Shown: in pieces, positions 50,140-59,946 of the stretch
How positions within the stretch are numbered: position 1 is the stretch's first letter
Layout of the letters: the number at the start of each line of letters is the position of its first letter
From: Opitutia bacterium
Lineage (GTDB): Bacteria; Verrucomicrobiota; Verrucomicrobiia; Opitutales; Opitutaceae
Assembly (NCBI GenBank): GCA_947478395.1
Contig: CANJVR010000001.1
Coordinates: 800,001 to 864,000, forward strand
DNA length: 64,000 nucleotides
Direction: 5' to 3'
The notes under the pieces: model-generated
What the model saw: the letters and a program-made list of their open reading frames with translations, nothing else
Databases searched by the model: none
What the model was told of the DNA's origin: nothing
Position numbers and translations under genes: made by a program

Positions 50140-50865
50140 ATGTCCCAGATTCGTCCCCTCTTCAAACGCGAGTTCCTCGGCTATTTTCGTTCGCCGGTCG
50201 CCTACGTTTTCCTCGTCTCTTTTCTCGTGATCTCGGTGTCGCTGGCGTTTTCCCGCTACGGCAATTTTTTCAAAGCCGGCGTCGCCAGCCTGGAAACCTA
50301 CTTCGTGTTTTTTCCCTGGCTCTTCATGTTCATCGTGCCGGCCGTCGGCATGCGGCTGTGGTCCGAGGAGAAACGCGCGGGCACCGTCGAGCTCCTCTTC
50401 ACGCTGCCCGTCACCACGCTCGAAGCCGTGCTCGGGAAATTTCTCGCCGGCTGGGCGTTCCTCACGCTGGCCATTGCGTTGAGTTTTCCCATGGCACTGA
50501 CGATCGCCTACCTGGGCCACCCCGATTGGGGCGTAATGGCGGCCACGTATTTCGGCGCCGTCCTGATGGCGGGCGCTTACCTCGGGGTGTGCGCGCTCAC
50601 GTCGGCCCTCACCAAGAACCAGGTGATCAGCTTCGTCCTCAGTCTCGCCGCGTGTGCCGCGCTCGTTTTTCTCGGCCTCAGCAGCTTCACGACCACGCTG
50701 GAAAGCGTCCTGCCGGTCAGTATGGCCGACACGATTTCCAATTTCAGCTTCGTTACTCATTTCGACGCGTTCACCAAGGGAATCGTCGATCCCAAAGACG
50801 TGATCTTCTTCCTCTCGTTCACCGGCTTCACGCTTTTCCTCAACGTCGTCGCCCTCGAACGCTAA
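50140..50865 (+). CDS. ABC-2 permease (GldF-like)
   Basis: KREFLGYFRSPVAY, MRLWSEEKRAGTVELL, LGKF, NQVI. Confidence 0.9.
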   Translation: MSQIRPLFKREFLGYFRSPVAYVFLVSFLVISVSLAFSRYGNFFKAGVASLETYFVFFPWLFMFIVPAVGMRLWSEEKRAGTVELLFTLPVTTLEAVLGKFLAGWAFLTLAIALSFPMALTIAYLGHPDWGVMAATYFGAVLMAGAYLGVCALTSALTKNQVISFVLSLAACAALVFLGLSSFTTTLESVLPVSMADTISNFSFVTHFDAFTKGIVDPKDVIFFLSFTGFTLFLNVVALER

Positions 50866-50879
50866 GCGGATCTCAAATC

Positions 50880-50969
50880 TTAAGCGCCAAGACGCGAAGC
50901 CCGAGAAGTATTCAAACCAAGTTTCTGATCCTTCCTCCGCACTTACGGCCTATGCGCCTTCGCGCTTAA
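50880..50969. repeat. Imperfect long inverted repeat (TTAAGCGCCAAGACGCGAAG...CTATGCGCCTTCGCGCTTAA)
   Basis: Terminal arms complementary at 16 of 20 positions; intergenic within the operon. Confidence 0.5.
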
Positions 50970-50997
50970 CCCTGATTCGCCTCCCCTTTTTCGACCC

Positions 50998-52881
50998 ATG
51001 AAACCCAGCGGCAAAGTCATCGCCCTCGTCCTTCTTTTCGTCGGCCTCGTGCTCATTAACTACCTCGCCTCGTCGCTGCCCGTGCGCGTCGACGCCACCG
51101 CGGAGCGGATCTACACGCTCTCGTCCGGCACCCGGGCCCTGCTCGGGAAAGTCGAGGAGCCGATCATACTCGATTTTTATTTCTCCAAATCTGCCAGTGG
51201 CCTGCCCATCGCGTACAAGAACTACGCCGCCCGCGTGGAAGAAATGCTTCGGCAATACGCCCGCGGATCGCGGGGCAAGATCACGCTCAACGTCATCGAC
51301 CCGCGCCCCGACACGCCCGAGGAGGAACGCGCCACGGCGGCCGGCATCCAGCCCCAGCTCATTCCTGCGACGGGCGAGCAAATCCAGTTCGGCCTCATCG
51401 CGACTCAGGCCGACCAGCAAAAGCTCCTTTCGACGCTCACGCCACAGCGCGAACAATTTCTCGAATACGATCTCTCGCAGCTCATCTACAGCGTGCAGCA
51501 GATCGACAAAAAGAAGCTCGGCCTCCTGACCAGCCTGCCGCTGCAAGGCACCAGCCCGCAGGAAATGCAAATGATGATGATGATGCGCCAGCAGCCGCAG
51601 CCCGGGCAGTTCGTCGTCAGCGAATGGGAAAAAACTTTTCAGATCGTCCGCGTCGAAGCCTCCGCCACCGAGCTCCCCGCCGGCCTCGACGCGCTCGCCG
51701 TGATCCATCCCCAAAATCTCCCGCCCAAACTTCAGTTTGCCATCGATCAATTCCTGCTCGCGGGCAAGCCCGTGTTCCTCGCGGTCGATCCTTCCTCCCA
51801 ATATTTCAAACGTCAGGGTGGTCAGCAGGCCATGATGGGCGGACCTCAGCCCAACGTTTCATCGGATCTGCCGGCGCTCCTTCACGCTTACGGGGTGAAT
51901 TACGATTCGCAAAAAGTTTCCGGCGACCTCGATCACGCCGCCCAAGTCCAAACGCAGAGCGGCCAGGCGGCGCGTTTTCCCCTGTGGATGAATCTCCGTC
52001 ACGAAAATTTCAACGCGACGTCGCTCGCCACGGCCCAGCTTAATTCCGCGCTGTTTATCGAAGCCGGATCGCTCTCTTTCACGCCAGCCCCCGGTCTAAC
52101 GTTCACGCCCCTCGTCGAAACGTCGGCGCAAGCGGGCGACGTCGCCGCCGCTTCCCTTCAATTTATCCAGCCCGAGGAAGCGGCCCGCCAGATCGTGCCC
52201 TCGGGTAAGCGGACGATTGCCGCGCTCATCACCGGAAAATTCAAAACCGCCTTCCCTGAGGGCCCGCCCAAAGATGAGAAAACCGCCGACCCCGCAGCCG
52301 GACCGAAACCCGAAACCCCGACTGCCGCACTCGCCGAGTCGAAGACGAGTTCCGCGTTGTTCCTGATCGCAGACACCGACTGGCTTTTCGACAACTACAT
52401 GTTCGATATGCGCTATCGGAATGCGGGCATGCTTGTGCCGATGAACGACAATCTCGCCCTCGCTTCGAACTCGCTCGATTTCATCTCGGGATCATCCGAC
52501 TTGATCTCGATCCGCGGCAAAGGCACGTCGGTCCGTGATTTCGAAGTCGTCCGCACGATGGAAATTTCCGCCCAGAAAAAATATCAGGAAAAACTCACCG
52601 CCCTGGAAGCGCGCCTGCAACAAGTGCAGGCCAAGCTCACCGAACTGCAGGGTAAGAAAGGCGAAGCCAACCGTCTCGTCGTCTCACCGGAAGTGATGAA
52701 GGCCATCGAGGATTTTCAAAAGCAGCAGTCGGCCATCCAGAGCGAGCGCCGCCAAATCCGCCGCGCGCTGCGCGAAGACACCGACGCCCTCGAGAACCGG
52801 CTGCTCCTCGTCAACCTGCTGAGCGGTCCGCTCCTCATCGGGGCCTTCGGCCTCTGGTTCGCGCGCAGTCGGAAGAAATAA
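50998..52881 (+). CDS. GldG-family ABC auxiliary protein
   Basis: RVDATAERIYTLS, LEYDL, AIDQFLL, IADTD, LISIRGKG; N- and C-terminal TMs. Confidence 0.88.
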   Translation: MKPSGKVIALVLLFVGLVLINYLASSLPVRVDATAERIYTLSSGTRALLGKVEEPIILDFYFSKSASGLPIAYKNYAARVEEMLRQYARGSRGKITLNVIDPRPDTPEEERATAAGIQPQLIPATGEQIQFGLIATQADQQKLLSTLTPQREQFLEYDLSQLIYSVQQIDKKKLGLLTSLPLQGTSPQEMQMMMMMRQQPQPGQFVVSEWEKTFQIVRVEASATELPAGLDALAVIHPQNLPPKLQFAIDQFLLAGKPVFLAVDPSSQYFKRQGGQQAMMGGPQPNVSSDLPALLHAYGVNYDSQKVSGDLDHAAQVQTQSGQAARFPLWMNLRHENFNATSLATAQLNSALFIEAGSLSFTPAPGLTFTPLVETSAQAGDVAAASLQFIQPEEAARQIVPSGKRTIAALITGKFKTAFPEGPPKDEKTADPAAGPKPETPTAALAESKTSSALFLIADTDWLFDNYMFDMRYRNAGMLVPMNDNLALASNSLDFISGSSDLISIRGKGTSVRDFEVVRTMEISAQKKYQEKLTALEARLQQVQAKLTELQGKKGEANRLVVSPEVMKAIEDFQKQQSAIQSERRQIRRALREDTDALENRLLLVNLLSGPLLIGAFGLWFARSRKK

Positions 52882-52963
52882 TCACGACGTTTCGGCCGAC
52901 ACTCGCGCGCTTGGGGCAGCCCCAAGTTCATTTTCACCCGCTTTCCTATTTTTCTGTTTCCCG

Positions 52964-54106
52964 ATGAAACTTCGCACGCTCCTTATCGCTGTCGCCGTTC
53001 TGGCGGCTCTCTCTCTCGCGGTCTTTTTCGCGAGCCATCCGTCCGCGGCGGTCAGCAACGATGCCCGTCTCGGCCACGCGTTGCTCGATCAAGCGGTCAT
53101 CGAGCAAGCCACCCAGCTCCGATTCTCCGACGAGGGTAAGACCATCTCGCTCGTCAAACAATCCGATGGGTCCTGGCGCGTGCCGGCTTACTACGATTTT
53201 CCGGCCGATGTGGCGAAGATCGCCCGTTCGGTCAGCGAATTGTCCGAGGCCAAACTCACCCGCCTCGTGACCACGAACCCGGAGCGAATTGCCCGGCTCG
53301 AGTTCAAGGACAGCCAGATTTCGCTCCTTGGCGCGGGCGACAAGCCACTGTGGACGGTCACGCTCGGAAAAACCAACGAGAGCGGAGGCCGCTTCGTTCG
53401 TTTCGGCGCCGAGCCGAAAGCGTATCTCGCCTCGCTCAACAGCAACCTCGACCTCGAGCCGAAAAACTGGGCGCGGACCGACTTACTCAGCCTGAAATCC
53501 GAGGACATCGCGCAACTCGAGATCCCATTCGACCAGGCCGCCCCCATTGTGGTCACCCGCGAAAAAAAGGACACACCGTTCACCTCCGCCAATCTTCCCA
53601 CCGGGCAAAAATTGAAAGCAGATCGGATCACTTCGACCCTGAACAGTCTAACGGCCCTCGCGTTCACCGAGACCAGTGATCCGAGCGACGCCAATGCGGT
53701 GGCGGCAAAAGCAAATCAACGTGTTTTCAAGCTCAAGACCTTCGACGGAAAAAACTACACCGTGGCGCTCGGCCGCAAACCCGAGGAGAAAAAAATCAAG
53801 GCGCCGGTGGCGGACGAAAAGGGCGGCCTCGCGGCTTTAGGAAAATCCACCGACTTGCTACCGCAGGGCGGTGACGCGAAACCGGGCGAGCCGAAGTCCG
53901 CGACGGACGCACTGACGAAGATTCAACCCGAATTTGAAACGATCCCGGCCGGACCGGTTTACGTGTCCGCGACGAGCAGCGATGAGAAAGCTTCGGTCAA
54001 CGCGCTCATGCAAAAGCGCGCCTTTCAAATCAGCGATTACGTGCTCACGAGCCTGCCGCAAAAGCCCGACGAGCTTTTCGAACCCGCGCCCGCCGCGGCC
54101 AAGTAG
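52964..54106 (+). CDS. DUF4340-domain protein
   Basis: N-terminal anchor, W..P.YDFPAD motif; typical fourth gene after gldAFG-like genes. Confidence 0.7.
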   Translation: MKLRTLLIAVAVLAALSLAVFFASHPSAAVSNDARLGHALLDQAVIEQATQLRFSDEGKTISLVKQSDGSWRVPAYYDFPADVAKIARSVSELSEAKLTRLVTTNPERIARLEFKDSQISLLGAGDKPLWTVTLGKTNESGGRFVRFGAEPKAYLASLNSNLDLEPKNWARTDLLSLKSEDIAQLEIPFDQAAPIVVTREKKDTPFTSANLPTGQKLKADRITSTLNSLTALAFTETSDPSDANAVAAKANQRVFKLKTFDGKNYTVALGRKPEEKKIKAPVADEKGGLAALGKSTDLLPQGGDAKPGEPKSATDALTKIQPEFETIPAGPVYVSATSSDEKASVNALMQKRAFQISDYVLTSLPQKPDELFEPAPAAAK

Positions 54107-54178
54107 TTTGCGCGACTGATTGGGCCTGCCCCCAACTCTCCCCTTTACACGTATCAACGCTTTCATATGCGTTGATAT

Positions 54179-55060
54179 GTGATTTCGCCCGACCGAGCCA
54201 TCGCCGATCTTTTCGCGCTGCAACGCCCCCTGCGTTCGCTGGAGTTTTTCCCGCCCAAGGATGAAGCCGGCGTCGATGCGCTGCGGGCTACGGCCACCGC
54301 GCTCAAGCGGATGAATCCGGATTTTGTCTCGGTCACGTACGGAGCTGGCGGCACCACTCGCGATCGCACGGCGCAAATCTGCGATTTTCTGAAACGCGAT
54401 TTTGGGTTCACGGTGATGCCGCATCTTACGTGCGTGGGTCACACCCAGGCCGAGCTTTCCGAGGTGGCCGACCGCATTTACGCCGGCGGTTTCCGCAACA
54501 TCATGACGCTGCGCGGCGATCCGCCGAAGGGCGAGACGACCTTCACGCCCTACAAAGATGGACTGCGCTACGCGAGCGATCTGGCCGCGTTGCTCAAGGA
54601 GCGCCACCCCGATTTCTGTCTCGGCGTGGGCGGGTATCCGGAAAAGCACCCGGAAGCGCCGAGCGCCGAAGCGGACCTCGCCAATCTGAAAACCAAAGTC
54701 GATGCGGGGGCCGCGTTCATCACCACGCAGCTCTTTTTCGACAACGCCGTCTATTATCGCTTTGTCGACAAATGCCGCGCGGCCGGGATTACCGTGCCGA
54801 TTGTCCCGGGCATCATGCCCGTGCTTTCGCTGAAACAAATCCAGCGCTTCACCACGATGTGCGGCGCCACCTTGCCGCCAAAACTCATCACGCGATTGGA
54901 AGCCGGGGCGGAAAACACCGAGGTGGTTGAAACCATCGGGATCGATTGGGCGCTGACTCAGATCCGGGATCTCATCGCCCACGGCGCACCCGGCTATCAC
55001 CTCTACATTTTGAATCGCGCCAAAGGCGCCCTCGCGTTGGCCGCGGGACTGGCGGCGTAG
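54179..55060 (+). CDS. metF: Methylenetetrahydrofolate reductase
   Basis: SLEFFPPK, SVTYGAGG, PHLTC, LRGDPP, YPEKHPE, ITTQLFFDN. Confidence 0.96.
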   Translation: MISPDRAIADLFALQRPLRSLEFFPPKDEAGVDALRATATALKRMNPDFVSVTYGAGGTTRDRTAQICDFLKRDFGFTVMPHLTCVGHTQAELSEVADRIYAGGFRNIMTLRGDPPKGETTFTPYKDGLRYASDLAALLKERHPDFCLGVGGYPEKHPEAPSAEADLANLKTKVDAGAAFITTQLFFDNAVYYRFVDKCRAAGITVPIVPGIMPVLSLKQIQRFTTMCGATLPPKLITRLEAGAENTEVVETIGIDWALTQIRDLIAHGAPGYHLYILNRAKGALALAAGLAA

Positions 55061-55470
55061 GAGCAGGGTCCTTCGGCCCGGCCGGCACCGCTACCTCCCA
55101 GCCAATTTTTTTCCCAACCTCACAAATGCCCGCGGCCTTCAAAGGCGTGAGCATCGCCGACTGCGGCCAGACCGCGGGAGTGAAAGCCAGCGCCGTCAGA
55201 GCTAACAGAAAGCGACTGACGGAAAGCGTGTAGGGAGTAATCAGGGGGAGCGGGGCGGGGTTGAACTACGACCGACGAGACAAAGCAGAGAGGGTGACGA
55301 GACCGGATCAGCGGTAGAGTCTAAGGCTAAATCAAGCGGCATCGCCTCCGTATTTTAAAACGGTGCACGATTCGGTCTTGGCTTGGAAAAAAGAACGGCC
55401 GCATTTCTCTTTCGGGAGCACTCCAACCCGCCGTATCGCCAAATCGCCCGAACCTTGCCCCCCCATCACG

Positions 55471-56436
55471 ATGAAAACTCTCCCCACCCGCTCCGCTCAA
55501 CGGCTTGGTCTTGCTGTGATACTGGCGCTCGCAACCCCGGCATTCCTGCCGGCTCAGGCCGGCCGGGGGCAGGAACCGTCCGCGAATCTGCGCGAAGCCA
55601 CTGCCTTCATGAAGGCCGACAAAACGGCCGACGCCATCGCGGCGGTCAAACGCGAGCTCGCCACCAATCCAAACTCGGCGGCGGCGGCGAACCTACTCGA
55701 CACCTTAGGTGCGACGGCGGAGGCGCGAGTCGTCTTCCAACGGCGCATCGAGGCCGCGGCCGATCCGGCGGCGAAGGCCGTGGCGCAGCGCGCGATGGCG
55801 ATGTCATTTGCTTTCGATGGCGACGCGAAGAATACGGTGAAATACGAGGAAATGGTCATCGCCTATTGGGTGACGCGGGAAGCGGCCGAGCCGCAAAATG
55901 CGTTTTATCAACAAGGGGAAATGGCCAATGAAGCGGCGCGCGTTTGCATCGACGCCGGCGATTTCGCTGCCGCCGAAAAATGGTACCGTAAAGGCACGGA
56001 GCTGGGTCTCAAGGAGCCCGATCCGAAAACACATCCGAAAAGTTTGTGGGACTTTCGCCTCGCGCATGCCCTCGCCCGCCTCGCCGCGCGCCACGGAGAC
56101 AAAGCCGAGGCTCAACGGCAAATCGCGGTGGGGCGGAAGATTCTAGATAGTGATCCGAAGATGGCGGAAGCGCAGGAGCGCTATTTCCCGTACCTCGTCG
56201 GCTACGTGGCCCTCTACACCAATGATCTGAAAACGGCGGAGGCGGAACTCACCAAAGCCGTCGCCGGTTTGGGGAACGACCCGTTCATGACGTCACTGCT
56301 CGCGATGACCTTGGAGAAATCGGGACCGGCCGATAAAGCGAAGGAGCTTTATCGCAAAGCCTACGATCTCGCGACGGCGCACAATCCGCCGGCCGCGTTT
56401 GTCCGGCCCTTCGCGCGGAAAAAATTGGGGCTGTGA
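55471..56436 (+). CDS. Secreted TPR-like helical hypothetical protein
   Basis: Signal peptide ending PAQA; alanine-rich helical repeats. Confidence 0.7.
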   Translation: MKTLPTRSAQRLGLAVILALATPAFLPAQAGRGQEPSANLREATAFMKADKTADAIAAVKRELATNPNSAAAANLLDTLGATAEARVVFQRRIEAAADPAAKAVAQRAMAMSFAFDGDAKNTVKYEEMVIAYWVTREAAEPQNAFYQQGEMANEAARVCIDAGDFAAAEKWYRKGTELGLKEPDPKTHPKSLWDFRLAHALARLAARHGDKAEAQRQIAVGRKILDSDPKMAEAQERYFPYLVGYVALYTNDLKTAEAELTKAVAGLGNDPFMTSLLAMTLEKSGPADKAKELYRKAYDLATAHNPPAAFVRPFARKKLGL

Positions 56437-56467
56437 GCCGGAGGGCCGCGCCCCCGGCTCCCGGCCG

Positions 56468-57430
56468 TCAGCGGGCCTTGAAGCCGGCGACCGCGTTCAC
56501 CGGCACATACCCGCCGACCTTTAGCCACTTCACCATCAACTCCGGCCATTGGCCAAGCTGAGGATCACCCGGGGACATGCTCGTGCCGTGGGGTCCGACT
56601 TGATAGAAATGGGCTTCGACCGGGACGCCCGCCGTGCGGAGCGCGTTCATCACCTGAATTTCCGGCGTGAGATGTCCACCGTCCTCGATGGTGTTAAACA
56701 TGAATGTTGGCGGCGCATCCGCCGGCTTCTGAGGATTCCGGCCGCCGTAAATGAGCGCCGCAAAATTCGCGCGCGCCGAGGGACGGTCGAGTGGATCAGC
56801 CGCGGTTGGATCGGCATCGGCGATGTTGTTGAAGAAGGCGTCGCCCTCGAGTTCGGAGCCCGCGGAAAAACCGATCACGCCGAGGCGATCCGGCACAAGG
56901 CCGTATTCCGCAGCGTGAGCGCGGATGTAGCGCATCGCCCGGTGCGCGTCCAACTGCGACGCGGTGCGCTGATAATTCGGCCCAATGCGATACCGCAGAA
57001 CGAAGCCCGCCATGCCGTTTCGATTGAGAAATTTCGCGATCTGCACGCCTTCGTTGTCCATACAGCGGTTGGTGAAACCGCCGCCGGCGAGCACCAGAAA
57101 GGCCGCGCCCGTGTTGTTGCCTTTGGCCGCTGGAAAAATGTAGAGGGCCGGCTTGTCTTCGTCGCCAAACGCACCGTTCGCATCCGCCACCGCGCCGGGC
57201 GCGCCGTTGGGCCAGAGCAGAATTGGCTCGGGAATACCGGAGACCGGGCCGGGGCCCATCAGCTTGGCCTGCTCCACGTAGGCCACCTGCCCCGGGTTTT
57301 TCGGTCCACCCAAGATACCACCGATGGCGGGCTCGTCCGCGGCGCGAGCTGTGATAGCGGTGAGATCGAAAGCGCCCAGCAAGGTGACGGCGACCAAGGA
57401 CGCGCGAGAGAAAGGAAAAAAAGTTTTCAT
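56468..57430 (-). CDS. Secreted alpha/beta hydrolase (carbohydrate-esterase-like)
   Basis: LWPNGAPG, GGGF, GFSAG, PPTF, GPHG. Confidence 0.85.
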   Translation of the reverse strand: MKTFFPFSRASLVAVTLLGAFDLTAITARAADEPAIGGILGGPKNPGQVAYVEQAKLMGPGPVSGIPEPILLWPNGAPGAVADANGAFGDEDKPALYIFPAAKGNNTGAAFLVLAGGGFTNRCMDNEGVQIAKFLNRNGMAGFVLRYRIGPNYQRTASQLDAHRAMRYIRAHAAEYGLVPDRLGVIGFSAGSELEGDAFFNNIADADPTAADPLDRPSARANFAALIYGGRNPQKPADAPPTFMFNTIEDGGHLTPEIQVMNALRTAGVPVEAHFYQVGPHGTSMSPGDPQLGQWPELMVKWLKVGGYVPVNAVAGFKAR

Positions 57431-57459
57431 GACAAAGAAGGAGGTCGGATGCGAAAGGT

Positions 57460-58635
57460 TCACTTGCTGAAGACTTCGATTTTCAAATCCAGGTTGGCGT
57501 CAGCGCCGGATTTGAACTCGACGAAGAGATCGCTGCGGTCTGAAGGCCGGGCCTTAGAAAAAACGTGATAGTCGTCGATCGTCGGGGACAGCAGCCGGTA
57601 GTGCCCGAAATAGGTTTTCTCCGGCGACGCGCCGCCGCGGCCACCGACGAGGTCGCTGCTAAAGCTATTACTGAGCCAGCGGTTCATCGTCTGGTAGACT
57701 TCGACTTTGTACCGACCCGCGATCGGCCCTTGATCGGCCGGGATCTTAAACAAGCCGAGCGCTTCGCCCGCGGTGGAGTTTAACACCCGGCCAATGATCG
57801 GACCGGCGCCGACAAAATCGACCGGCGTGAAAATGACGTACCCGTGCGGCAGCGTGTGGCCGTTGAGATAGACCATGCCCTTCACCGGGAGTCGCTTCTC
57901 CTCCGTCATCAGGCCACAGAAACGCGTCCACGCATAAAATATTTCAGGCCACGACCCGACCGAGGCATTGTCGGCGGCGAGCACCGTCTTGAGGTCGGCC
58001 TTGGCGAAAAAATGGGCGTCCACCGAAGCGCGAGCAGCCCGCAATTTATTCCAGAGCTCGATCGAGCCCGACAAATTGTCGCCGGTGCTCGTGGACCCCA
58101 CGATAAACGTGGGCGGGAGCGTCCCAGCCGGAGGCAATACCGACGTCGGGCCCCAAATCACCGCGAGCAAATCGGGGCGGCTGGAGAATTTCCCTGCGGC
58201 ATCGGTCGCGGCGACATTGGCCTCGACGACCTGATTATAAGCCGCTTCGGCCGCGATGTCGGCGCCGCCGCCAAAACCGAGCAACGCGACGCGCTTCGCC
58301 GAAATTTTGTATTCGGCCGCGTGCGCCCGCAACTGCTGCACCGCTCGGGCGACGCTGGCCGCTGCTGCCGTTTTGTCCGCGGCCGGGCCGGAGGCCCGAA
58401 AGACGAACGCGGCGAGTCCGCGGTCATTCAGCCACTTTGCCAGCGTGGTGGGGTCGGCCGATTTGGCGGCCGGATCCGGCACGATCAGCACCGCTCCTCC
58501 CGTGTTATCCTTCGCGGTGGGCAGCGAAACCGAATAAGGGGCCGATTCGGCGGCGTTCGAGACGGCCGCAGAAAAGCCCAGCGTGGCCAGACCGAGGATC
58601 AGGCAAAATTTATTTTTCAGGAAACGAGGTAGCAT
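57460..58635 (-). CDS. Secreted alpha/beta-hydrolase-like protein lacking the catalytic Ser, with a C-terminal beta domain
   Basis: Paralog of the neighbouring gene but GFGGG replaces GFSAG; C-terminal VKGMVYLNG..GYVIFTP..GRYKVEV. Confidence 0.7.
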   Translation of the reverse strand: MLPRFLKNKFCLILGLATLGFSAAVSNAAESAPYSVSLPTAKDNTGGAVLIVPDPAAKSADPTTLAKWLNDRGLAAFVFRASGPAADKTAAAASVARAVQQLRAHAAEYKISAKRVALLGFGGGADIAAEAAYNQVVEANVAATDAAGKFSSRPDLLAVIWGPTSVLPPAGTLPPTFIVGSTSTGDNLSGSIELWNKLRAARASVDAHFFAKADLKTVLAADNASVGSWPEIFYAWTRFCGLMTEEKRLPVKGMVYLNGHTLPHGYVIFTPVDFVGAGPIIGRVLNSTAGEALGLFKIPADQGPIAGRYKVEVYQTMNRWLSNSFSSDLVGGRGGASPEKTYFGHYRLLSPTIDDYHVFSKARPSDRSDLFVEFKSGADANLDLKIEVFSK

Positions 58636-58771
58636 GGTGAGACCGATACAGCGGGGTTGCGAACAGAGCTGGGCTCCGGTCGAGAGGATGAGTGAAGTAA
58701 CAGACGAGCCAAAGAGGGGAAGGATTTAGTCCGCGGCAGAAAATTCTGCTGAGGAATGCGGGACCTTAACC

Positions 58772-58795
58772 CGCGGGCTGGAAGCCTCGCGCTAC
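58772..58795. repeat. REP-like repeat family C (CGCGGGCTGGAAGCCTCGCGCTAC)
   Basis: Near-identical to 63360-63382; its CTAC supplies the TAG stop of the adjacent minus-strand gene. Confidence 0.65.
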
Positions 58796-59946
58796 CTCGG
58801 ATCGAAAAAGGTCAGATCAACTGGATGCCGGTGCTTCACGCCCGAGTGAGCAATCAGGATGATTTCATCGCCCTCGAATTGAATGGAACGCACGCGATCG
58901 AATTTCGGACCCGGCGTGGCGATGCCCATAATGTAGTTCACCCGGGTCGTCTCGGTCGGTCGCAAGCGCAACGCCGTCGGCACGCCCCGCGCGTTGAGCG
59001 AATTCGGGCGCGCCGATTCGTCGAGGCCGTAGTGGAAATAGCTTGTGACATCCTCAACCCCCAGGACCCGACGGTGCCGCCCCAACCACGGCGCGTAATG
59101 ACGTCCGCCGTTGGAATGCCAGAGGATCGTCGAGGCCAGCACGCGTGGTTCCTTGAGCGCAAACCAGACGTAGCCCGGGTTGCCGCTGACGGTGACCGCC
59201 GACCACGCCAGCCCCGCGCTCTTGCGCGATGACACCATCACCAGATCTTCGAAGCCCTCGCGCGCGGGATAGTTGGCGAGATCAGCCCAGCCGCCTTGCG
59301 CCAGTGGAACGTGGCCGAGGCGGGTGAAGGGAGCCCCCGGCTTGAGCGTAAAGTATCCGCCCTGAGCCGGATCCTCGAAGGGCAAGGGGCACACCCGTCC
59401 CTCGCGCCACGGACTCAACGACACTGCTGCCGAACTTCCCTCGGGAAATTGGAGCGTCGCGTGATGGCCGATGGGCATGGGTCCGGTGAAACCGGAGAGT
59501 TCATGCCGGCAATAAAGATTCGTCTCCCCCGCGCGCAGCTGAAGGCGCTTGACCACGCGGCCGGGGCGAATGGTGGGATGCAGTTCGGCCGCGAATTCGA
59601 CCCGCTCGCCGCTGGCCTGCAGCCGCGCCCCTTTCCACCGCGCGCCCGCCGTTTCGCCATGCACCGAATGCGATTCCCCCCGCCATGGCGTCACATTGGC
59701 GCCAAACGGCAGGCAGAAGAAATCTCCGCGCAATGCTCGCAATACCGGCGGCGTTTCGCGCGCGAGCGACTCGCCGCTCCATGGCGCAACGGCAAACGGC
59801 TGCACCGGTCCGCGTGCCGTCTGAAAAGTCACCGGCGCCAGATGCCCGCCGTCCCGCGTGACAAAAGCCTCCACGCAGTCACTGGCAATCCGCCACGAAG
59901 GCGCACCTCGCACCGTCTGGAGCGTCGGCGAAATCCCGCGGCTCAT
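58792..59946 (-). CDS. Hypothetical protein, possibly galactose-mutarotase-like fold
   Basis: LRGDFFCLPFG, HGET, GHHATL; beta-rich; overlaps the upstream gene by 4 nt. Confidence 0.65.
   Translation of the reverse strand: MSRGISPTLQTVRGAPSWRIASDCVEAFVTRDGGHLAPVTFQTARGPVQPFAVAPWSGESLARETPPVLRALRGDFFCLPFGANVTPWRGESHSVHGETAGARWKGARLQASGERVEFAAELHPTIRPGRVVKRLQLRAGETNLYCRHELSGFTGPMPIGHHATLQFPEGSSAAVSLSPWREGRVCPLPFEDPAQGGYFTLKPGAPFTRLGHVPLAQGGWADLANYPAREGFEDLVMVSSRKSAGLAWSAVTVSGNPGYVWFALKEPRVLASTILWHSNGGRHYAPWLGRHRRVLGVEDVTSYFHYGLDESARPNSLNARGVPTALRLRPTETTRVNYIMGIATPGPKFDRVRSIQFEGDEIILIAHSGVKHRHPVDLTFFDPR

Noticed and set aside
49341..54106. Gliding-motility machinery
   Set aside because: GldA/F/G-like ABC systems occur widely outside gliding bacteria, and no gldK-N or spr genes are present here
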